NCBI GenBank assembly: GCA_030390025.1
Contig: CM059432.1
Span: 107,076,001 to 107,140,000, forward strand
Direction: 5' to 3'
Length of the DNA: 64,000 nt
Source of the DNA: Squalus acanthias
Taxonomy: Eukaryota
This document shows, one piece after another, positions 23,195 through 33,458 of the stretch; positions within the stretch are counted from its first letter, which is position 1, and each line of letters starts with the position of its first letter. Under the pieces are notes generated by a model. The model had not been told where the DNA came from and ran no database searches. It saw only the letters and a program-made list of their open reading frames with translations. Made by a program: the position numbers and the translations under genes.

Positions 23195-23945
23195 ATGTTG
23201 AGGCTGCCGCGAAACACGAATTAAGACTGAATCCATGTGTGGAAAACAAAGGCTTTTTAATACAACTGCATGGTCCAAAATGGCTGAAACCAACTGCTCC
23301 CAGAATTCTCTGGCAAAATCCTGAGGCCCCGCCCACTCCTTTTCTCCTGCCTTAAAGGCAAGGTGCCTTAAAGGCAAGGTGCCCGATATTTTGTCCACGG
23401 ACGGAAAAGTGGATTATGCCCGTTTAGGTGGCGATCCGCCACAATAGCACTATTTTCCTCCTAGATAACCAAACGCTCCAAGATGAAATGATGTTAAAAC
23501 ATGCCGAATGATGCTTTGGATCTTTCGAGGTATCCCCTTACACTGATGCAAACAGGGCCTGAACCTGCATCAGCCGTAAAATTATCGTCCATAATTGCTG
23601 GGCAGTTGGTGGGCATTTAGCCCAACTCTGCACCAGCAATGAGGATTTCCCCGTCAGTGCGGATCATCTGTCAAGTCGTAACTTGACAGATCACAAGTTT
23701 GGGATTTAGAATATGCACAAGCGCATGCGGAAATACCGAACTTGCGGTTCATTTCTGAGAGTACGCTGTCATACCCACCGCAAATTCTGGCCCATTAGAT
23801 TTACATTCCCAGCCTGGAGCTTGGTTTCCTGGAAAGTTGGTAGCTCTGGAGTGGCTCTCTGCCTGGTTTTAAATCTCGGCCCCTGCTGTTGTGGATTGGC
23901 CTGGGGTGCACTGAATGCCTCCCGTCAGTGATGTCACTGGAGAAG

Positions 23946-25993
23946 GATGAACCATCCATGGATAACTAAGGAAGTAAAGGATGGTATCAAATTGAAAACA
24001 AAAGCATACAATGTTGTGAAGAATAGTGAATGGCCAGAGGATTGGGAAATTTTTAAAAACCAGCAAAGGACGACTAAAAAAATGATAAAGAGAGAGAAGA
24101 TAGCTTATGAGAGTAAGCTAGCAAGAAATATAAAAACAGTAAGAGCTTCTACAGGTATATAAAAAGGAAGAGAGTAGCTAAGGTAAACGTTGGTCCCCTA
24201 GAGGATGAGTCTGGGGAATTAATAATGGGAAACAGGGAAATGGCGGAGACTTTGAACAAATATTTTGTATCGGTCTTCACGATAGAAGACACTAAAAGCA
24301 TCCCAATAATGGATAATCAAGGGGCTATTGGGGTGGGAGGGGGGGAGGACTTAAAATAATCACTATCACTAGAGAAAAAGTACTAGGCAAACTAATGGGA
24401 CTAAAGGTGGACAAGTCCCCTGGACCCGATGGCCTGCATCCTAGAGTCTTAAAAGAGGTGGCTGCAGAGATAGTGGATGCATTGGTTGTAATCTACCATA
24501 TTCCCTGGATTCTGGAGAGGTCCCAGAGGACTGGAAAACCGCAAATGTAACGCCCCTATTTAAGAAAGGAGGGAGACAGAAAGCAGGCAACTATCGACCA
24601 GTTAGCCTAACATCTGTCATTGGGAAAATGCTGGAGTCCATCATTAAGGAAGTGTTGCAGGACATTTAGAAAATCATAATATAGTCAAGCAGAGTCAGCA
24701 TGGTTTTATGAAAGGGAAATCATGTTTGACAAATTTGCTGGAATTCTTTGAGGATGTAATGAGTAGGGTGGATAAAGGGGAACCAGTAGATGTCGTGTAT
24801 TTGGATTTCCAGAAGGCATTCGATAAGGCGCCACATAAAAGTTTACTACACAAGATAAGAGCTCACGGGGTTGGGGGTAATATATTAGCATGGATAAAGG
24901 ATTGGCTAACTAACAGAAAACAGAGAGTCGGGATAAATGGGTCATTTTTAGGTTGGCAAACTGTAACTAGTGGGGTGCCGCAGGGATCAGTTCTGGGGCC
25001 TCAACTATTTACAATCTATATTAATGACTTGGATGAAGGGACTGAGTGTAATGTAGCCAAATTTGCTGATGATACAAAGATAGGTGGGAGAGCAAATTGT
25101 GTGGAGGACGCAAAGAATCTCCAAATGGATATAGATAGGCTAAGTGAGTGGGCAAAAATCTGGCAGATGGAGTTTAATGTGGGAAAATGCGAGGTTATCC
25201 ACTTTGGTAGGAAAAATAAAAAAGCAAATTATTATTTAAATGGGGAGAGATTACAAAATACTGAGGTACAGAGGGATCTGGGGGTCCTTGTACATGAATC
25301 ACAAAAAGTTAGCATGCAGGTACAGCAAGTAATTAGGAAGGCAAATGGAATGTTGGCCTTTATTGCAAAGGGAATGGAGTATAAAAGTAGGGAAGTCCTG
25401 TTACAACTGTACAGGGCGTTGGTGAGACCACACCTGGAGTACAGCGTACAGTTTTGGTCTCCCTATTTAAGGAAGGATATACTTGCATTGGAGGCAGTTC
25501 AGAGAAGGTTCACGAGGTTGATTCCGGAGATGAAGGGGTTGTCTTATGAACAAAGGTTGAGCAGGTTGGGCCGATACTCATTGGAGTTTAGAAGAATGAG
25601 AGGGGATCTTATTGAAACATATAAGATTCTGAAGGGGCTTGACAGGGTAGATGCAGAGAGGATGTTTCCCCTCGTGGGGGAATCTAGAACTAGGGGGCAT
25701 AATTTCAGAATAAGGGGGCACCCTTTTAAATCAGAAATGAGGAGGAATTTCTTCTCTCAGAGGGTCATGAATCTTTGGAATTCTTTTCCCCAGAGAGCTG
25801 TGGAGGCTAGGTCATTGAATATATTTAAGGTGGAGATAGACAGATTTTTGAAAGGTAAGGGAGTCAAGGGTTATGGGGAGCGGGCAGGGAAGTGGAGTTG
25901 AGGCCAAGATCAGATCAGCCATGATCTTATTGAATGGCGGAGCAGGCTCGAGGGGCCAAATGACCTACTCCTGCTCCTACGTCTTATGTTCTT
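23946..25993 (+). mobile_element. 5'-truncated, relatively young CR1 LINE
   Basis: 397-aa open RT C-terminal ORF 24708-25901 and tail cctactcctgctcct...ttatgttctt. Absent from the paralogous block near 41005. Confidence 0.95.
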
Positions 25994-26119
25994 ATAGTGG
26001 AGGGAAGGCTGTATTTGTAGTTTTCCATTAAGAAGGTAAGTTTTTTTTCTGTAAAAAAGCGGGAGTAATTTGAGCAAGCAATATTCCCCCCAAGACTTTC
26101 CTTCTCCTTTTCCTTTGTT

Positions 26120-26368
26120 GTAAGAACATAAGAACCATAAGAAATAGGAGCAGGAGTAGGCCATTTGGCCCCTCGAGCCTGCTCCGCCATTCAATAAGAT
26201 CATGGCTGATCTTCTACCTCAACTCCACTTTCCTGAACTCTCCCAATATCCCTTGATTCGCTTAATATTCAAAAACCTATCGATCTCTGTCTTGAATATA
26301 CTCAACGATTGAGCCTCCACAGCCCTCTGGGGTAGAGAATTCCAAAGATTCACCACCCTCTGAGTGAA
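26120..26368 (-). mobile_element. Short CR1 3' end
   Basis: FTQRVVNLWNSLPQ...GKWS plus tail (taagaacataagaaccataag on +). Absent from the paralog near 41138. Confidence 0.92.
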
Positions 26369-26874
26369 GCAGTATTGTAGGTTAAGTACTTGGCTCTGTG
26401 CTGTAGAAATGTGCAGACAAAACTTAGGGGGAGAAATTTGATATATTGTTGAGGCTGCCGCGAAACACGAATGGAGGCTGAATCCATATGTGGAAAACAA
26501 GAAGCTTTTATTCACTGCATGGCAAAACAAAATGTCTGAGAAAGCTGCTCCCAGAATTCTCTGGGTAAACTCCCAGAATTCTCTGGGTAAAACCTGAGGC
26601 CCCGCCCCCTTCTGCCTTAAAGGGAAGGGGCTGGAAATTTGTCCACAGACGGAAGAGTGGATTATGCCCGTTTTAGGTGGCGATCCGCCACACAGCTCCC
26701 CCCAGAATCCGCTTAGGAGGTGTGGACGAGACGGTGCGGCGGTCTGATGGGCCGGCCGGAGCGGCTCTTGTAGAACGCCGGTGGACGTGGGACGGCCGGG
26801 CGTGGAGCAGCCGGGTGAACCGGCTTGAGGGCAGGTCGGCCGCGTGGAGGTGGACGAGCTACAGGGACCTGCTC

Positions 26875-29800
26875 CTAGGGCTCCGAGTGTGCTGGCTTGA
26901 GTCGGTCCACCGACACTTTTTCGGTCCTGTCGCCCACTTGCAGGGTGAAAAATTTGTCCCCAGCCTGTAGCACCTTGTAGGGCCCGTCATACGGGGGTTG
27001 AAGGGGTCTGCGGTGGGCGTCGTGCCGGACGAAAACAAACCGTGCCTGGTGCAGGCTTAGTGGGACGTGTGAGGTGGATTCGCCGTGTCGGGCAATGGGC
27101 ACCGGGGCGAACTGCAGCGCCGGTGAGGCGAAGTTGTGGCGTTGCTGGTCGGCTGACCAGGGTGTCGTGGCGGTGGGCAGGAACTCGCCGGGTACGCGCA
27201 GCGGCTGACCGTACATGAGCTCTGCTGCCGATGCGTGGAGGTCTTCTTTAACCGTGGTGCGCAGGCCAAGGAGGACCCACGGAAGTCGGTCAGTCCAGGC
27301 GCCATCTTGGAGGCTGGCTCGAAGAGATGCCTTCAAGGATCTGTGGAACCGCTCACACAGTCCGTTGGCTTGGGGGTGGTACGCTGTGGTGCGGTGGATG
27401 GTCACCCCGAGATTGCGTGCGACGGCGGTCCAGAGTTCAGAGGTAAATTGCGGACCTCTGTCCGACGTCATGTCGGAGGGGACGCCGAACCGTGCGACCC
27501 AGGTGCTGACGAAGGCTCTGGCGATGTCGGCGGTGGTGGTAGAGGTCAGTGGAATTGCCTCAGGCCAGCGTGTGGTGCGGTCAACGATGGTCAGCAAGTG
27601 CGTGTGGCCTTGCGACGGCGGCAGGGGCCCGACGATGTCCACGTGGATGTGGTCGAATCTCCGCGAGGGGACGGTAAACTCCTCGAGGGGTGCTTTCGTG
27701 TGTTGCTGTACCTTGGCACGTTGGCAGGATAGGCAGGAGTTGGCCCAAGTACGCACATCCTTGCGAAGGCCGCGCCAGACAAAGCGATTGGCTACCAACT
27801 TGATGGATGCGCGGGCGCCGGGGTGGGAGAGGTTGTGGAGAATGTCGAATATCCGGCGGCGCCAGGACGCTGGGACGACGGGCCGAGGTTGACATAGGGA
27901 TATGTCGCACTTGACCGTGACTGCGGTCGGGCCACAGGCGACGTCGGCCAGGCGTAGCCCTGGTAGGTTGGTGGGTGCGGAGAGCAGATCCGGGTCGGTG
28001 ATCTGGTCTGCTGCAAGTTGAGCGTAGTCGACTGCTAGGTGTGCGGCGTGGATGGCGGGGCGGGAGAGGCAGTCGGCTACCACATTGTCTCGGCCGGAGA
28101 TGTGTTGAATGTCCGTGGTGAACTCGGACACTGCCGCGAGCTGGCGCTGCTGCCTGGCGGACCAGGGGTCGGTTGTCTTTGCCATTGCGAATGTCAGGGG
28201 CTTGTGGTCGACAAACGCAGTGAAGGGGTGGCCCTCAAGCAAAAACCGGAAATGGCGGACCGCCAGGAACAGCGCGAGGAGCTCGCGGTCGAAGGTGCTG
28301 TACTTGACCTCCCGGCGGCGTAGTTGGCGGCTGAAGAAGGCAAGTGGTTGCCAGGCGCCGTCGACCCACTGCTCATACACGGCGCCGACCACGTGGTTGG
28401 AGGCGTCCGTGGTGAGCGCTACCCTGGCATTGGGCCATGGGTGCGCGAGCAGGGTGGCGTTGGCGAGCGCGGTCTTGGTGGAATCGAAGGCGGCGGACGC
28501 ATCTGCCATCCATTCGACCGCCATCTTGCCGCTCCTGCCCCGGAGGGCTTCATACAGGGGCCTCATGAGGGACGCCGCTTTGGGGATGAAGCGGTTATAG
28601 AAATTCACCATCTCGAGGAACTCCTGGAGGCCTTTGATGGTGGTGGGGCGGGGAAATTGTTGGACGGCCTGCACCTTGGTGGGCAGGGGAATGGCCCCAG
28701 CATGGGTGATGTGGTGGCCGAGGAAGTCGATCTTGTCCAGGCCGAACTGGCATTTGGCTGGGCTGAGGATGAGCCCGTGGTCGCTGATGCGTCCGAACAG
28801 GATGCGAAGGTGTTCGAGGTGTTCCTGCTTGTAGGAACTGGCTACCAGGATGTCGTCCAGGTAGACGAACAGGAACTTCAGGTCCCGAAGGACCGAGTCC
28901 ATGAGCCGTTGGAATGCCTGGGCCGCGTTTTTGAGGCCGAAGGGCATCCGCAGGAACTCGAACAGGCCGAAGGGGGTGATTACGGCCGTCTTGGGGACGT
29001 CCGCGGGGTGGACGGGGACTTTGTGGTAGCCGCGCACCAGGTCGACCTTGGAAAAGACTGAGCGGCCGGCCAGTCTAGCCGAGAAGTCCTGAATGTGCAG
29101 CACGGGGTACCGATCAGGGGTGGTGGCGTCGTTGAGGCGGCGGTAATCCCCGCAGGGGCGCCAACCCCCGCCTGGTTTGGGGGCGATGTGGAGTGGGGAG
29201 GCCCAGGGACTGTTGGAGCGGCGGATGATGCCGAGCTGTTCCATGGTGGCAAACTCGGTCCGCGCGATCTCCAGTTTGGCCGGGTCCAGCCTGCGGGCGT
29301 GGGCGTACACTGGGGGGCCTGTGGTGGGGATGAAGTGTTCCACCCCGTGTTTGGCGGCCTCCGCGGAGAAGGTCGGATTGGTAAGGGCCGGGAATTCGGC
29401 CAGGAGTGCCGAGTAGTCATCCGTAGCCCGGGCGTGGCACTGTGACGCCATGTCGGCGGGTTGACGGGTGGCCATGGTGCCCAGGATGGGGGACATGGTG
29501 TTCATGTCCACGAGGCGGTGACGAGGGATGTCTACCAGTAAGCCGTGGGCACACAGGAAATCTGCGCCGATGAGGGGGGAGAGCACCTTGGCAGTGATGA
29601 ACTCCCATCGGTAGCGGTGACCAGCGAGGTCGAGGGTGACTGTCCGGGTGCCATACGTCCGGATTTCCGAGCCGTTAGCAGCAGCCAGCTCCGGTCCTCG
29701 TTCGCCCTTTTGGAATTCGAGGGAGGAGGCCGGGATGATGCTGTGCTGAGCCCCAGTGTCGCACAGGAACCGGCGGCCGGTTTTGTCATCCGTGACGAAC

Positions 29801-30525
29801 AGCAGGGAGCCCGCGTGGCCCACAGCCATCGCGGGGGCTGGAACGGGGGCGGACTTGAAAGAGCAAGGAGGTGTGCACCGTTGTGCCCTGGCGCCGAACC
29901 GTGCGTGGTAGTAACAGTGGCCCGGGTTAGTGGGGCGTGAAGGCCCCGTGGGCTTGGTGACAGGCCCTTGTGGCCGTGTGCTGGATGGTGAGGGGCGCGC
30001 CCAGGCATTGGCTGCCAGGTCCAGAGTGACGTCGCGGCTGGAGTGAGCGGACAGCAGCTTGTCGGCCTCATCGGCCAGGGCTTCCAGGTTTGTGAGGCCG
30101 GACGCCACGATCGCTGGGCGGATGCTGAGAGGGAGCTGGCGGATGAACAGTGTGTGGAAGAGGGATCCGGGTGGGCTCTCGTCGGTGAGGGAGAGCATGT
30201 GGGAGATGAGGTCTGATGGTGAGGCATCACCGAGGCCTGGAAGGTCGAGGAGGTGGCAGTTTCGCTGATATGCCGAGGCCGTAAATTTTTTAAGGAGCGC
30301 TGTTCTGAGATGTGCGTACTTGCCTTCCTCTGGTGGGTTCTGCAGCGTTGTCCAAACCTTGGAAACTGCGATGCTACTGAGTGATGTGACGAGATAGTCG
30401 TACTTCGTCCCATCTGTGGTGATATTTTGCAGCCGGAAGCGAGATTCAGCTTGGAGAAACCAGGCTTCGGGCTGGTTTTCCCAAAACTCCGGCAGTTTCA
30501 CGGAAACTGCGTTCGTGTCCGCCAT
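26875..30525 (-). CDS. Gag-Pol polyprotein (Gag with CHCC motif, protease, RT, RNase H, integrase), 1216 aa
   Basis: CYYHARFGARAQRCTPPC (C-X2-H-X9-C-X3-C), FLCDTGA, VYLDD, TTDAS, HNLSH...CLSC, HVDIVG/TSDRG/CERFH, DGPYKV. Domain order PR-RT-RH-IN. Confidence 0.97.
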   Translation of the reverse strand: MADTNAVSVKLPEFWENQPEAWFLQAESRFRLQNITTDGTKYDYLVTSLSSIAVSKVWTTLQNPPEEGKYAHLRTALLKKFTASAYQRNCHLLDLPGLGDASPSDLISHMLSLTDESPPGSLFHTLFIRQLPLSIRPAIVASGLTNLEALADEADKLLSAHSSRDVTLDLAANAWARPSPSSTRPQGPVTKPTGPSRPTNPGHCYYHARFGARAQRCTPPCSFKSAPVPAPAMAVGHAGSLLFVTDDKTGRRFLCDTGAQHSIIPASSLEFQKGERGPELAAANGSEIRTYGTRTVTLDLAGHRYRWEFITAKVLSPLIGADFLCAHGLLVDIPRHRLVDMNTMSPILGTMATRQPADMASQCHARATDDYSALLAEFPALTNPTFSAEAAKHGVEHFIPTTGPPVYAHARRLDPAKLEIARTEFATMEQLGIIRRSNSPWASPLHIAPKPGGGWRPCGDYRRLNDATTPDRYPVLHIQDFSARLAGRSVFSKVDLVRGYHKVPVHPADVPKTAVITPFGLFEFLRMPFGLKNAAQAFQRLMDSVLRDLKFLFVYLDDILVASSYKQEHLEHLRILFGRISDHGLILSPAKCQFGLDKIDFLGHHITHAGAIPLPTKVQAVQQFPRPTTIKGLQEFLEMVNFYNRFIPKAASLMRPLYEALRGRSGKMAVEWMADASAAFDSTKTALANATLLAHPWPNARVALTTDASNHVVGAVYEQWVDGAWQPLAFFSRQLRRREVKYSTFDRELLALFLAVRHFRFLLEGHPFTAFVDHKPLTFAMAKTTDPWSARQQRQLAAVSEFTTDIQHISGRDNVVADCLSRPAIHAAHLAVDYAQLAADQITDPDLLSAPTNLPGLRLADVACGPTAVTVKCDISLCQPRPVVPASWRRRIFDILHNLSHPGARASIKLVANRFVWRGLRKDVRTWANSCLSCQRAKVQQHTKAPLEEFTVPSRRFDHIHVDIVGPLPPSQGHTHLLTIVDRTTRWPEAIPLTSTTTADIARAFVSTWVARFGVPSDMTSDRGPQFTSELWTAVARNLGVTIHRTTAYHPQANGLCERFHRSLKASLRASLQDGAWTDRLPWVLLGLRTTVKEDLHASAAELMYGQPLRVPGEFLPTATTPWSADQQRHNFASPALQFAPVPIARHGESTSHVPLSLHQARFVFVRHDAHRRPLQPPYDGPYKVLQAGDKFFTLQVGDRTEKVSVDRLKPAHSEP

Positions 30526-30550
30526 TGCAGTGCTCGGAATACGTTCTGAG

Positions 30551-30564
30551 CGTCGGGGTCACCA
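30551..30564 (-). promoter_or_regulatory. Primer binding site for tRNA-Trp (copy 2)
   Basis: TGGTGACCCCGACG adjacent to the 5' LTR. Confidence 0.92.
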
Positions 30565-30815
30565 ATGTTGAGGCTGCCGCGAAACACGAATGGAGGCTGA
30601 ATCCATATGTGGAAAACAAGAAGCTTTTATTCACTGCATGGCAAAACAAAATGTCTGAGAAAGCTGCTCTCAGAATTCTCTGGGTAAACTCCCAGAATTC
30701 TCTGGGTAAAACCTGAGGCCCCGCCCCCTTCTGCCTTAAAGGGAAGGGGCTGGAAATTTGTCCACAGACGGAAGAGTGGATTATGCCCGTTTTAGGTGGC
30801 GATCCGCCACAATAT

Positions 30816-32246
30816 CCCCAAGCCGGCCAAGGCACCAATGATTCCAAACACCAAACATGTATATTTTGAATACAAAAACTTATTTATTTCACAAACTCTG
30901 TGTGTGTCATTTCCTCATGACAAACTAATAGAAAGAAACACAAAAACACAGTCATTAACAGAAGTGGTTCTCATAACCTGGAGATAATGTCCAAAAGTTT
31001 GACCACGAACCTTAGCCTTTAATAAAAAAATGACCAACATTTTGTCACACCTCCTACTTTTTTCCCTTCGAGGGTGATCTCCTTCCCTTGCGCACTTCCC
31101 CCCTTCTTACCCTACTGCTCCTCCATAATGGGACTTCAGTGGCTGCAGCAAGGCTGGTGGAAGGCTGCTGATTGTCAGAACCTGAGACTGCAGATGCCCT
31201 TGAAGGACGGCCTCGACCAGCTCTGGGCCTGGAGGGCCCGGCTGCAGACTGCACCAACTCTGCATGGGCGGCAGCAGTCTGTCCTACAGGCGGTGGCAAG
31301 TGCAGTGGAGAAGTGACAGTGGTGGCAGCAGGAATGCTGTCATCTTGAGAGAGGACAGCAACTCCCTGCTCGACCGACACACTGGCACTCCCACAGGGCA
31401 GCACTTCAGCATCTGGAGCAATCTGCTGGAGCACAGATTGCTAGCCTGCTGCGGCGCGGTGAGAGCCCCGGGGAAATGTGTACGAACCATCGAGGATGGC
31501 AGCAGTCAGTGCTCGCGTGGCCTCAATCTGAGTCTGCATGAGAGCAGTCTGAGACTGAATTGCAGCACTAAGCTTTAGTGTGGCATCCGCCTGTGCTACA
31601 GCGAAGTGCTCCACACTCCTTGCCAGTGATTCAATGCATTCGGGCACCCTTCCCACTGCACCCATGAGCTCAGTGTGCATGTCCACCTCTCTCAGGATGA
31701 CAGCATTCCTGCTGCCACCACTGTCACTTGCCCATTGCACTTGCCACCACCTGCAACACAGCCAGCCCAGACTGCTGCCACCCATGCAGAGTTGGTGCAG
31801 TCTGCAGCCGGGGCCTCCAGGCCCAGAGTTGGTCGAGGCCGTCCTTCAAGGGCATCTGTAGTCTCAGGATTGACATTCAGCAGCCTTCCACCAGCTTTGC
31901 TGCAGCCACTGGGGCCCCATTATGGAGGAGCAGTAGGGTGGGAAGGGGTGAAGTGCTCAAGGGATGGAGATCACCCTCGAAGGGCAAAAAGTAGGAGGTC
32001 TTAAGAAATGTTGGGAATGTTTTTATTAAAGGCCAAGGTTCGTCTGATAACTTTTGTTTAGTGTTTTGCCCATTATCTCCAGCTTGTGAAAACCAGTTAT
32101 GTTAATTAATGATTTGTTGTGTTTGTTTCTATTAGTTTGTCATGAATAAATGACACACACAGAGTTTGTAAAATAAAATAGTTGTTGTATTCAAAATGTA
32201 CATGTTTGGCCTTTGGAATCATTGCTGCCTTGGCCAGCTATAGGGG
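30816..32246. repeat. Long imperfect inverted repeat (arms about 30816-31355 and 31689-32246)
   Basis: The arms are reverse complements and both encode LSQDDSIPAATTVT...AELVQSAAG...SPSKGKK on opposite strands (ORFs 31054-31434 -, 31675-32004 +, 31728-31994 +). Confidence 0.93.
31054..31685 (-). pseudogene. C-terminal remnant of the probable Harbinger second (Myb/SANT-type) gene
   Basis: Helical then Pro/Ser/Arg-rich sequence. Its duplicate is convergent with the transposase, as is usual for the Harbinger DNA-binding gene. The Myb domain itself is not present. Confidence 0.55.
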
Positions 32247-32306
32247 TTGCGGGTTGCTTTCCATCATGTTGTTCTCCATGCCAGAAGCCATCTTCTGAGT
32301 AGGGGC

Positions 32307-33458
32307 CTAGAAGCGGCTTGTTACCAGCCGTTGACGGACGGCCCTTGCAGTTTCAACATTGTGGGCCGCCCTCACGCCTTGGTGCTGCTGATGATCATCC
32401 TCCTCCTCCTCTTCCTCCTCCTCCTCTGGTGGTGCTCCAAGGCCTGGTGGCATTGGCTGGGTCCTGAGGATTGCCATGTTATGCAACATGCAGCACACAA
32501 CTACGAAGTGGGAAACTCGCTCAGGCGAGTACTGCAGGGCTCCTCCAGAATGGTCCAGACAGCGGAACCGTTGCTTCAGCACGCCGATTGTGTGCTCAAC
32601 GATGTTCCTGGTAGCTTGATGGCTCTCGTTGTACCGCAGTTCAGCAGGGGTGTTGGGCGTACGGAGCGGTGTCATCAGCCAGGTGCTCAGTGGATACCCC
32701 TTGTCCCCGAGAAGCCAACCAACTGGCTGATGCGGTGCCTCGAAAAGTTCTGCCACAGTAGTCTGGCGCAGGATGAAAGCATCGTGGCAGCTGCCAGGAT
32801 AGTGGGCATTGACAGCGAGTATCAGCTGTCTGTGGTCACAGACCAACTGAACATTCAAGGAATGGAACCCCTTTCTGTTCCAGAAATCCTCGGCATTCTC
32901 ATGCGGAGCACGCAAAGCCACATGCGTGCAGTCAATGGCGCCCTGCACCATGGGGAAGCCCGCTATCCTCGCAAAGCCCAGAGCGCGCTCATGCTGCTTG
33001 TCTGGGGTCATGGGGAAAGAGATGTACTCTCGTCTCCTTTTAAAGAGGGCATTTGTGATGTGACGGATGCAGCAATGCACCGCGAACTGGGAGATATTGG
33101 CGATGTCCCCAGCAGCAGATTGAAATGAGCCAGTAGCATAAAAGTTCAGAGCCACTGTGATCTTCACTGCCACCGACAGAGACGTCCTGGACCTCAGTTG
33201 AGGCTGCAGATCTGGCTGCAGCAGGTGGCAGAGCTCAGTGACCACCTCCTTGCTGAAGCGCAGCCTTCGCAAACACTGCTCCGCAGACATATGAATGTAG
33301 GAGAGCTGTTCACGATATACCCTGGGAGGGTAAGCTCTCCTGTACAGACGCCTGTTGGCCCTCCTCCATCTGGCCATCATTGCCACTCTCTCTCTGCGTC
33401 TCTGTGTCCTCAGATTCAGCTGGCGCAGGATGACGCCCCCAATCAGTGCAGCCCCCAT
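32307..33458 (-). CDS. Harbinger DDE transposase (HARBI1-like nuclease), 383 aa, intact
   Basis: ALNFYATGSFQ, GAIDCTHV, NRKGFHSLNVQLVCD, YPGSCHDAFIL, LLGDKGYPL, RNIVEHTIGVLKQRFRCL, CCMLHN. Confidence 0.95.
   Translation of the reverse strand: MGAALIGGVILRQLNLRTQRRRERVAMMARWRRANRRLYRRAYPPRVYREQLSYIHMSAEQCLRRLRFSKEVVTELCHLLQPDLQPQLRSRTSLSVAVKITVALNFYATGSFQSAAGDIANISQFAVHCCIRHITNALFKRRREYISFPMTPDKQHERALGFARIAGFPMVQGAIDCTHVALRAPHENAEDFWNRKGFHSLNVQLVCDHRQLILAVNAHYPGSCHDAFILRQTTVAELFEAPHQPVGWLLGDKGYPLSTWLMTPLRTPNTPAELRYNESHQATRNIVEHTIGVLKQRFRCLDHSGGALQYSPERVSHFVVVCCMLHNMAILRTQPMPPGLGAPPEEEEEEEEEDDHQQHQGVRAAHNVETARAVRQRLVTSRF

Larger units (their letters stand above)
19106..23443 (-). mobile_element. 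Gypsy LTR retrotransposon copy 1 (CsRn1-like), full length, defective
   Basis: 248-bp LTRs (19106-19353, 23196-23443) with TG...CA ends and 3 differences seen; TSD ATAG; PBS-Trp; PPT next to the left LTR. Confidence 0.97.
18509..23793. mobile_element. Harbinger-type MITE (about 0.95 kb) carrying the nested Gypsy copy 1
   Basis: TIRs GGGGTAGATTTTG / CAAATTCTGGCCC with flanks AAT/ATT. The paralogous empty site is aaaat-att-agattt at about 40210-40223. Confidence 0.85.
26447..30811 (-). mobile_element. Gypsy LTR retrotransposon copy 2 (CsRn1-like), intact, 4365 bp
   Basis: 246-bp LTRs (26447-26692, 30566-30811) with 1 difference seen; TSD ATAT; PBS-Trp; PPT (GGGGGGAG on minus, about 26696-26703); AATAAA on minus at 26507-26512. 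Confidence 0.98.

Noticed and set aside
19338..30413. Many overlapping and antisense ORFs within the Gypsy elements, including a possible env gene
   Set aside because: They are shadows of a GC-rich coding sequence, repeated because the element is repeated. There is no room for env between integrase and the PPT.
19106..30811. Bacterial contamination or a collapsed/false duplication
   Set aside because: Both elements have LTRs, a PBS and distinct TSDs in host sequence, and they differ in LTRs and lesions.
32247..33128. 293-aa plus-strand ORF
   Set aside because: Antisense shadow of the transposase with no recognisable motif.
32307..33458. Host gene HARBI1
   Set aside because: Intronless, next to a TIR and partner-gene remnant; this is a transposon copy, so no gene symbol was given.
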